DNA of 64,000 bases from Octopus vulgaris (taxonomy: Eukaryota). Positions 54,212 through 64,000 of the stretch are shown piece after piece. The first letter of the stretch is position 1. Every line of letters begins with the position of its first letter. The stretch is taken from contig OX597820.1 of the NCBI GenBank assembly GCA_951406725.2, positions 22,072,001 to 22,136,000 on the forward strand, in the 5' to 3' direction. Under the pieces are notes generated by a model, which saw only the letters and a program-made list of their open reading frames with translations, was not told the origin of the DNA and did no database searches. Position numbers and translations under genes: made by a program.

Positions 54212-54395
54212 GGACGGACGGACGGACGGACGGACGGACGGATGGATGGCTGGATAGATAGATAGATAGATAGATAGACAGATGTAATTGCGTGTGTGTG
54301 TATATGTGTGTGTTTGGGTGTATGTATGCGTGCGCATGTGTCTATGTTTGTTGTGTGTACTTTTGCTTGGTTATGTGTTGACATGTGGGGCGTGG

Positions 54396-54434
<39 letters not shown>

Positions 54435-54514
54435 GAGATAATTTATATTTGAATAGGCAATAAAACAGCAGTTTAGTTTGATTTACATTTATACAGTGAG
54501 GAGCGGCGCCGATC

Positions 54515-55290
54515 ACACAACCTCACATACACACACCCACTCCCACACTCATACAGATCACCACACATACACCCTCACATACACTCTTACATACATACGC
54601 TCACGTACACACGCCCTCACACGTACACACTCTCATGCAGTCACACACACACACATACACACATGCACGCACAATTACACTTATGAATACACTCAAGAAC
54701 TGACATACGTGCACAATGCCACACATACACACACGCATACATACACAAGCGCAAACACACAGTCACATACACGCATATTTACATGCACACATACACACAC
54801 ATACAACTTCAATCACACCGTATCAATATCTTTATCTGTCAACCTATTTACACACACCACACACACAAACACACACACAACACACACACACACACACACA
54901 CACACACCACACACACACACACACCACACACAGACACACACCTGTCTATACACATATTCTCCCCTGCCGCTTTCACTTTCTTTCTCCCACCCTTCATTTC
55001 TCCCTCCCTCCCTCTATCTCTCCCTCCCTCCCTTCCTCTACCACACTCTCCTTCTACCTTCCTCTCCTTCTACCTTCCTCTCCTTCTACCTTCCTCTCCT
55101 TCTACCTTCTTCTCCCTCCCTTTATCTCCCTCCTACTCTCCCTCTCTCACTCTTTCTCTGTCTCTCCCTCCCTCCCTCCCTCAACTACATTCTCCTTCTC
55201 CCTCCCCTTATCTCCCTCTACTCTCCATTCCTCACTCTTTCTCTGTCTCTCTCTCCCTCTTCCTCCTTCTCTCTCAATATTTTCTTCATT
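54515..55290. repeat. CA-rich then CT-rich low-complexity tract
   Basis: Direct reading; the long ORFs here are low-complexity artefacts. Confidence 0.85.
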
Positions 55291-55578
55291 TTTCTTTTCT
55301 CTGTCGCTATTGGTTCCTTTCTGATTTTCTTTCATTTTATGACTTTTTTGTTAGAGAAAATCATTTCTTCTTTCTTCTCTTTTTACTTATTTTTCTTCGA
55401 AAATTTACATTATTTATATTTTTATTTTCGTACATATATATATATATATATCCTTTTATTTTCGTTGTTATTTATTCTTTGTTTTCATTTTTATTATAAT
55501 CATTTCTTTTTCTCTTTTTTTTTTCTGCTGCTTTTTATTTGCCGTTGCTTTCCAACAACGTTTTTTCTTCTCGCTAAG

Positions 55579-55706
55579 GTTAACCGGACAACATAAAAAT
55601 CAACGACTTCACCCGATATACACCTCCAGTTTCTATCCTTGGACTCTACCAACTCATTCATCAACAACAGGTTAAAGAGAGTCACGAAATGCCAGTGGCA
55701 AACCAG
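55579..55706 (+). other. candidate exon with possible start codon (MPVANQ)
   Basis: Polypyrimidine acceptor-like ttttttcttctcgctaag|, ATG at 55689 and strong donor CAG|gtatgt in unique sequence. Confidence 0.3.
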
Positions 55707-55874
55707 GTATGTACGCTAAACTTCAACACCGAAGGAAACATCAATAACAAAGTGTTTTTATCATTATTATTATTGTTATGTTTACCTGTTTATTGTTATG
55801 TTTATCTGTTTGTAGTATACTATTAATATCATTATTTATTTGTATAATGACAAAATATATCTTATAGCTTATAT

Positions 55875-56126
55875 CGTTTACTTGTTTCAGTCATTGGACT
55901 GCGGCCATGCCGGAGCAACGCCATGAAGGGTTTTTTTTAGTCGAACAAATCGATCCCAGTACATATTAAGTTTTTTTGTTTTGTTTTTTTTCCTTTTAAG
56001 TTTCACACTTATTTCATCAACCTGTTTTACCGAACTGCCAAGTTGCAACGATGTAAACAAACCAACACCGGTTGTCAAGCGGAGGTGGATGGGGTGGCAA
56101 ACGCAAAAACAAGCATAAATACATAG

Positions 56127-56172
<46 letters not shown>

Positions 56173-57042
56173 ATTCTATCGGTTTCTTCTGCCGAACCGC
56201 TAATGTTACGAGAACGTAAACACACCAACATCGGTTGTCAAGCGATGGGAGGTGGGGGGGGGGGAAACAGACTCAAAGATACATAAATATGTACATATAT
56301 ATACGACGGGCTTCTTTCAGTTTCCGTCTACCAAATTCACTCACATGGCTTTGTTCGGCCCGAGGCTATAGTAGAAGACATTTGCCCAAGGTACCACACA
56401 GAGCTCTAATGGAAGACACTTATCCAAAGTGCCGCGCAGTGGGACTGAACCCGAAACGAGGTGGCTGCAAAGCAAGCTTATAAGCCACACGGCCATGTCT
56501 GTTTTGCTTATCCTTTCCCGGAACGAAAGCCAGACGAGCAACGAGGTCAATTTGTTTCTCCAAAGACCATCATCCCCAAATTTCTGTCCTTGCACCAATA
56601 CTACGTTACAACGTCGGACGAAATACCGCGCGGTAGTTCTTGTGTCTTACTTTTACATTTTGAGCTCAAATACTACTGACGCCATGTTTATTTTTCATCC
56701 TTCTAGAATCGATATAATAAAACACAAGTGAAGTTCTGGAACCGATTTGATCGACTGACCCTTTCACCTGAAATTTGTAGCAAATTCATAACTCCTCCCC
56801 TGAAATTTTGTGCTGAAATTTGTGCTGAAATTTGAAACAATTAGGGCGGCGAGCTGGCAGAATCGTTACCGCGCTGGACGCACTGCTTAGCGACATTTCG
56901 TCCGCCATTACGTTGTGTTCAAATTCTGCTAAGGTCAACTTTACCTTTCATCCTTTAGGGGTCGATAAAACAAGCACCATTTGAACACTCCGCCTCCCCC
57001 GAAATTACTAACCTTGTGCTAAAATTTGAAATAATAATAACA

Positions 57043-57078
<36 letters not shown>

Positions 57079-57233
57079 GTGGAGTAAGTAGCTTGCTTAC
57101 CAACCACATGGTTCTGGGTTCAGTCCCACTGTGTAGCACCTTGGGCAAATATCTTCTACTATAGCCTCGGGCCGACCAAAGCCTTGTGGGTGGATTTGGT
57201 TGACGGAAACTGAAAGAAGCCTGTCGTATACAA

Positions 57234-57285
<52 letters not shown>

Positions 57286-57544
57286 ATATGTATGTGTGTG
57301 TATATGTTTGTGTATCTGTGTTTGTCCCCCCAACATCGCTTGACAACCGATGCTGGTGTGTTTACGTCCCCGTAACTTAGCGGTTCGGCAGAAGAGACTG
57401 ATGGAATAAGTACTAGGCTTACAAAGTACAAGTCCTGGCGTTAATTTGCTTGACGAAAGACGGTACTCCAGCATGGCCGCAGTCAAATGACTGAAACAAG
57501 TAAAAGAGCAAAAGAGTATTACTATTATTATTATTATTATTATT

Positions 57545-57600
<56 letters not shown>

Positions 57601-57618
57601 TATTATTATTATTATTAT

Positions 57619-57656
<38 letters not shown>

Positions 57657-57890
57657 TTGCTATCATCATCTTCAAAGCAGTGAGCTGGTAGACTCTTTAG
57701 TACGCCGAGCAAAATGCTTAGTGGCGATTTGTTTGTCTTTACGTTCTGTGTTTAAATTCCGCCATGGTCGACTTTACCTTCCTTTCGTGGGCGTTAAATT
57801 AAGTACCAGTGAATCACTGGGGTCGATGTAATCGACTAGTCCCCTTGCCCCAAATTTCAGGCCTTGTGCCTTTAGTATAAAGGGTTATAA
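55875..57890. mobile_element. cluster of SINE family B (55875-56490 -, 57080-57516 +) and family A (56844-57030 +, 57676-57890 +)
   Basis: Matches to the other family copies in the window. Confidence 0.78.
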
Positions 57891-58089
57891 TTATTATTAT
57901 CGTTTGACATTAGAAATTCACCAAGAGGTCACTGCACTCTATCAGCTGAGTGACAAGGTGAAGAGAAAGTCGATCTTTTAATTCTGTAGAGAGTTTGGAT
58001 AGATTTTAAGCGACGATGGCGTGGAACTGACTCTGAGTATCGATGAAGACAGTCTAAATCTTAAGTCAATTCTGGAAGATTTTCAGGTC

Positions 58090-58251
58090 TCGAACCGGCA
58101 ATGCGCCCCACCCTACCACCGTAGTAGTTCTGTTAGGCGAAAGATTTTAGGGAATTATCCATAGTCCCGGGCCGAAAGTATTCGGAATAGACCAGTAGCT
58201 GATTCTCTTTGCCGCTAAGAGTTCCCCTGAGAACGTCATCGCTGTCTCCCA
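58090..58251. repeat. left copy of ~160-bp dispersed inverted repeat (partner 60647-60807)
   Basis: Reverse-complement match by eye with few mismatches. Confidence 0.85.
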
Positions 58252-58254
58252 ATT

Positions 58255-58795
58255 TTCAGGTTGGAGATCATGGACAATTTACCAAAGTCCTTGGCCTGAC
58301 AGTTCAAAAATTCTAGGGTTATTCTTGATAAACAGGTATGGCGGTGTTGAAGCATGTAACAAGCGAACGTGTCTGGCATACACTCTGTAGTGTTTGTTCA
58401 TTCCTGACTGTCGGTTTGTTGAAGGACAATTATCATGTTCAGGCGGATCTAGTTATCAACCAACTCCATCATGTTGATCGAACCACCGATTTCATTTTGA
58501 TAGTGAAAAGTAGGCAGTTTTCTTCCTGGTGGTTAACTCATTTGACAAGTTTGAAGATGGAGATTTTCCTTTCAAGCCAAATCTTCATTGATGAAAGTTT
58601 AGTTTGAAAGGTTTGGCTTCGGGCAGCACCACGTGAAGAGAAAAGTGAGGAAAGACAGAGAAAGGTTACTCCGCAGAAACTTTTTATAAAAATAGAAAAG
58701 AATGACAAAACTGACCCCGTTAAGAAGGGCCTGTTCTAATTTTACGATTGCAAATTGGCTCCAAGAACTAAGTGATGTCAAATGCCTTTGGTATG
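58255..58795 (-). pseudogene. possible highly degraded LINE (end of APE domain / linker)
   Basis: Weak motifs only (RWFD, KNNPRIF..W), with many stops. Confidence 0.3.
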
Positions 58796-58799
58796 ATGA

Positions 58800-58837
<38 letters not shown>

Positions 58838-59379
58838 TTGTTGCTGCTGCTGCTGTTGTTGTTGTTGTTGTTGTTTTTGTTGCTGCTGCTGCTGCTGTTG
58901 TTATTGTTGTTTTTCATGTTTAGCCCCAGATTAACCCCGACTGAACAGGCATAGGATCAAAACCCTTCCAGTCGTTATGACCATCATATCTTTCTAAGGA
59001 TATGTAAGACGAGCCACACTGTCAAAAGTATTCTTTCTTATATCCAGTTTAAGAAATTTAGCTGTTATTTCTGGCAGATCGAGCGACTCATGTTAATCGT
59101 TGACTCATGTTAATCTACGGTTGTGTGTCAGATGCTCCGAAACATCTCATGTGCTTGTCCTCTATTGCGGCTGTTTAATATCTATTTTAATCATTAATCA
59201 TGTTGTATGATGTATAGGTGTGAGTCAGGTACCTGCAAGACTCCACAATTTCAATGATGTTGATGACACCGAGATGAAGGAATTAAGATCGAATACTAGT
59301 CGGGCGATCCGGTAGACAGGGATGCACATTAATGAGGCGGACCGGTGCACCGTGAAGCCGCCAAGAAGAACGTCCTTCA

Positions 59380-59612
59380 AGGCAGCGAGCTGGCAGAAAC
59401 GTTAGCTCTCCGGGCGAAATGCTTTGCTGTATTTCGTCTACCGCTACGTTCTGAGTTCAAATTCCGCCGAGGTCGACTTTGCCTTTCATCCTTTCGGGGT
59501 CGATTAAATAAGTACCAGTTACGCACTGGGGTCGATGTATTCGACTTAAGCCGTTTGTCTGTCCTTGTTTGTCCCCTCTATGTTTAGCCCCTTGTGGGCA
59601 GTAAAGAAATAA
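59380..59612 (+). mobile_element. SINE family A, single full unit
   Basis: Head plus one unit. Confidence 0.85.
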
Positions 59613-59827
59613 GAAGAACGTCTTTGATAACTCCTGATAATCCCTGATAATCGATTGATAACACTTGAACAAGCAAGCTGTTCGCAAGTCTTTATTAATG
59701 TATTAATGACCCTGTTAATGTCATTTTACTCGATGTACATCTCCTACTGTTGCTTGCAGGACGGGATTTTGACCCATGGGGCTCCTCAACACTTAAAAGA
59801 TTTTGGTGGCCCCCATATAAATGTAGT

Positions 59828-60075
59828 GGAGGCGCGTGGCTTAGTGGTTAGGGTGTCAGCATCATGATCGTAAGACTGTGGTTTCGATTCCTGGACCGGG
59901 CGACGCGTTGTGTTCTTGAGCAAAACACTTCATTTCACGTTACTCCAGTCCACTCAGCTGGCAAAAATGAGTAACGGTGCGATGGACTGGCGTCCCACCC
60001 AGCTGGGGAACACATACGCCATAGAAACCGGGAAACCGGGCCCATGAGCCTGGTTAGGCTTTAAAAGGGCGCATT
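59828..60075 (+). mobile_element. SINE family D
   Basis: GGCGCGTGGCTTAGTGGTTAG..GGTTTCGATTCC head and CORE-like body. Confidence 0.75.
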
Positions 60076-60646
60076 TATTATTATTTCATATAAATGTAAT
60101 TCAAAAGTATAAACTATAATAAACCATCAAATAAATTTTTGTTTTATCAAAATGTAACAAAACGAACAGTAAAATGGAAAATAATGTTTATTTTTGTCTA
60201 CTTCCACTTTATTTTTATTTGAAAAGTTTTATCCTACTTTTTATAATTGCAAAGTCTTTGAGCAGATCCTCACTATAACACCATGAACATATCGAAATTA
60301 TATTTGCGATCATATAAACTACTTCGAATATTATTTCAGCAAGTTTAAAGTGATTTTTTTTGTGCCGTAAGCCATCTACCATTTCTGGGGTGCCCCACCT
60401 TTTCTTATGTCTTAAGCACATGCTAGTTGCTTGTTTCTTTTGTATTTTGCCATTACACTATCACCTTCATCTATAACCTTTATGGTCAATTAAAAAAAAA
60501 ACCGTTCGTCTTTTTCAAAGTTACCATCCTGGGTCAAGACACGCTGTCTGATATCTAGAATGTTATCATGCGTTCACAGTCCTCTATCAATCGGGTAATT
60601 AACCCACTGGAACTTTCATTTTAGCAGTTTATAGAAGACTAGTGAC

Positions 60647-60807
60647 TGGGAGACAGCGATGACGTTCTCAGGGGAACTCTTAGCGACAAAGAGAATCAGT
60701 TCTGGCCTATTCCGAATACTTTCGGACCGGATCTATGGATAATTCCCTAAAATCTTTCGCCTAACAGAACTACTACGGTGGTAGGGTGGGGCGCATTGCC
60801 GGTTCGA
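60647..60807. repeat. right copy of ~160-bp dispersed inverted repeat
   Basis: Reverse complement of 58090-58251. Confidence 0.85.
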
Positions 60808-61348
60808 GGGAATTTCTACAAGCACAGAAGTACTGTCAGCTGCGACTGTCTGAGATGCACACGTAAGAAACATTTCTGACTTGAGATTTGTCAAACAGCA
60901 GTTGCTGCATGTAGGACGATCGGGCTATCGACCGAGGTCACCTTAGAGTTCACCCGTCGACACTGCCACGTCACTTAGGCTGTGAACGGCAAGCAATTTT
61001 ACTGTATTTGGAATGGGGTATGATGAAAGTGGATGTGTAATAGTCTCAACTGAAAGGACTAAAAAGAAAAAAGACCCTGCTAGCTAAGCGAGCTGTCCAA
61101 CATGCACCCTAATCGGAGGGCTACTCCGTCGCAGGGTTACCCATTTCTCAGGGATAGCCTAAGGGTCAAAGAGAATCAGCCACTGGTCTGTTCCGGAGAC
61201 CATTTGCAGCTGAATGTACTGGAGCAACATGATATGAAGTGCTTTCCTCAATAACAATAACACGCTGTCCAGTCTAGGAATCGACCCCACGATAGGGCGA
61301 TCGGGAATGTAACACCTTAACCACTACGCCACGCGCCTTCACAGGCAC

Positions 61349-61567
61349 TCATACACACACACACACACACACACATACACAACAAACACACACACACACA
61401 CACACACAACACACACAAACACACACACACACATATATATATAAATATGTATATACATATGTACATATATATATATATATCCGTATGTATGTATATATAT
61501 ATAAGTATATACATATATGTATGTATGTATATATATATGTATGTATATATATATAACTATATATGTA

Positions 61568-61612
<45 letters not shown>

Positions 61613-61911
61613 ATATATATGTATGTATATATATATAACTATATATGTATGTGCATATATATATATATATATATATACATATGTATGTTTGCGTATATAT
61701 ACAAATGTATATGTATGTGTGTATATATATATGTATGTGTGTATATACATATATATGCATGTGTGTATATATATGTATGTATGTATATATATGTGTATTA
61801 TGTGTATGTGTGTATATACATATATATGTATGTATGTATATATATGTATTATGTGTATGTATATATATATATATGTATGTATGCGTATATATATGCATGT
61901 ATCTATGAATA

Positions 61912-61947
<36 letters not shown>

Positions 61948-62000
61948 TGTATGTATGTATGTATGTATGTATGTATGTATGTATGTATGTATGTATGTAT
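61349..62000. repeat. compound (CA)/(TA)/(TATG) microsatellite
   Basis: Direct reading. Confidence 0.95.
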
Positions 62001-62200
62001 AAATTTAAATAAGGGTAAAACATTGAATATTAATCTGATTAATATCAATTCAAAACCAGTGGTCTAGTGTATTGAAAACATCTGAAGATTCAGAAAAATT
62101 ATATTACATACATATAAGAAGGATGACCACTAAGTGGACATCCAATATGCTAGATGGGGTTCGACATCTAGCATATTGGATGTCCACTTAGTGGTCATCC

Positions 62201-62204
<4 letters not shown>
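62001..62204 (-). mobile_element. miniature foldback PLE-tail element: perfect 40-bp inverted repeat plus tail
   Basis: Arms 62117-62156 and 62165-62204, spacer GGGTTCGA. The minus-strand tail shares CTAG.CCACTGGT and terminal TTACCCT motifs with the tail at 46693-46783. Flanked by microsatellites. Confidence 0.7.
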
Positions 62205-62255
<51 letters not shown>

Positions 62256-62675
62256 CTAATTAAAAGGCTGACTGGCCTATTAGCAATTAGAACCTAAAGG
62301 CAAAACTAATAGCGGTTACAAAATTGATGGAGGGTGCTGGTCAGTACTGATTAGGCTAAATTAAGAGTTAAATTAACTCTAAAGCCACAAAGGGAGGTAA
62401 ATTTTCTTATGATTGACAGATGTTGAGCTTAACACTAGGTGTCAAAGGCACTGATGAGATTTAAGGTGACAACACCAAACATTATCACCATCACTAACCG
62501 ACATACACATATCTATGTTTGTATGCGTATCTGTATTTGTTTATGTATATACGTATGCATGTATGTATGTACGTATGTATTATACATGTATGTATGTATG
62601 TATGTATGTATATATACTGGCCAAAACCTTTCTAAGTTATTCTAAGTAAGTTATATATATATATATATATAAATA

Positions 62676-62715
<40 letters not shown>

Positions 62716-63460
62716 TATATGTGTGTATATATATATATGTATGTGTGTGTGTATATATACATATATATATAAATTATATATGTGTGTGTGTGTGTGTGTA
62801 ATATATATGTATACATATGCGTACGTATGTATGCGTGTTTTATATTAATTTCTTTAAACAATAAGTTACAAATTTATAAATCTGTTCGTCTTAATTTCAG
62901 AAACACGTGTACTTTATTTTACAAATAGCCCTTGTTCGTATCAACAAGCAAATTCTAAAAAATATATTTCACATATTTTAGGACCATTTTAATGGTCCCT
63001 ATTCGGTATTTTCTAATATTCTATTTGATATATTAGTCCAAAGAGCAATGCTTATCATACATGCGGGTCTCAAAGACCGGTTAGAGTTCATCATGATAAG
63101 TTCCGCTCAGACATCTTTCCGTCTGTTTCAACAGCAGCGTTGTAGTTCTGGAAAGTAGGAACTGTGAATGAAGTATTTCATACAGGAGTCTAGGCGGTGA
63201 GAAAATGGCTACCATAACGGATATTATTACCATAGACAATCCTGCTGCGGGTCAACTGTCTCTCTCATTCCTACGAGGTCAGTGATATATAGTACCACCC
63301 CTTAAAACTGCTTCTCCTATCCTTAAAACTTCTGGCCTTCAGCCTTGATAGAAATTTTCATTACACAGATAACAAGAAAATGATAACGTGTAGTGCTACG
63401 GCTTACTTTCACTGTAGATAATAAAAGAATTCATAAATGAATGTGTGTGTGTGTGTGTGT

Positions 63461-63531
<71 letters not shown>

Positions 63532-64000
63532 CTCTATACTGCTTGATTTCAAGTTTCCAGTCCTGCATCATATTGTAAGGTAATTTCTTGCCTTTTTAAT
63601 AACCATTCAGAGACCGCCACGCGTATTTCTTAACTATTTTAGCCTTTACTAATTTGTATCAGCTACGCGACAATTTTGAATGGATAGCGGCTAAGTGACC
63701 GTGTCGTTAGAAAGTAACTGCCAATATTCCTCTGTAAGTATTACCCGAACCTGCCCACATATGTACAGGGGTATGGTCAGCCTTGTAAAAGAATAGTCTT
63801 TATTTCAGTCATTTCAGCTATATTATATATATATCACGTGATCACGTGACCGACCAGACCATCAGATGTTGCTACACATCGCTGGTCACAATGCGTTTGC
63901 ATTGTTTTAGCCTTCGAATGACGCCACCCCGCTGGCTAAGCGAGCAGGCCAAATGTGACCTTTTCAAAATGTGACCTCATGTGTACCGTTGGCGATTTTT

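Noticed and set aside
54478-55596. 372-aa ORF and overlapping long ORFs
   Set aside because: Translations of CA- and CT-rich low-complexity DNA with no domain motifs.
61349-62048. Numerous Y/I/H/T/C/V-rich ORFs here and elsewhere in the window
   Set aside because: Microsatellites lacking stop codons; not genes.

Overview
AT-rich, microsatellite-dense eukaryotic non-coding DNA, most likely intronic or intergenic sequence from a cephalopod such as Octopus (inferred from recalled SINE families, not verified). No intact host protein-coding gene can be supported, and most listed ORFs are translations of microsatellites or SINEs. The window is a mosaic of mobile elements. (1) Penelope-like retroelements (PLEs) sit in (TA)n tracts: a near-complete RT plus GIY-YIG element at 7.0-10.1 kb, an endonuclease/pLTR zig-zag at 33.2-35.2 kb and a degraded Naiad-like fragment at 35.3-36.4 kb. 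(2) R4/Dong-type non-LTR fragments and a ~550-bp non-coding element cluster in (TAA)n tracts. (3) At least four tRNA-derived SINE families are present, one forming 184-bp tandem arrays. (4) There are Tc1/mariner, hAT, Helitron-like and Ty3/gypsy remnants. The most notable signal is a set of type I hammerhead ribozymes (HHRs). Three loci have intact cores (3061, 32602, 46521) and about six more are degenerate. The intact ones and most degenerate ones share an extra nucleotide before GAAA and a self-complementary stem III, and the intact ones have a long stem II. Two are duplicated in long non-coding foldback hairpins inserted into (TA)n. Coordinates were read by eye and element boundaries are approximate.
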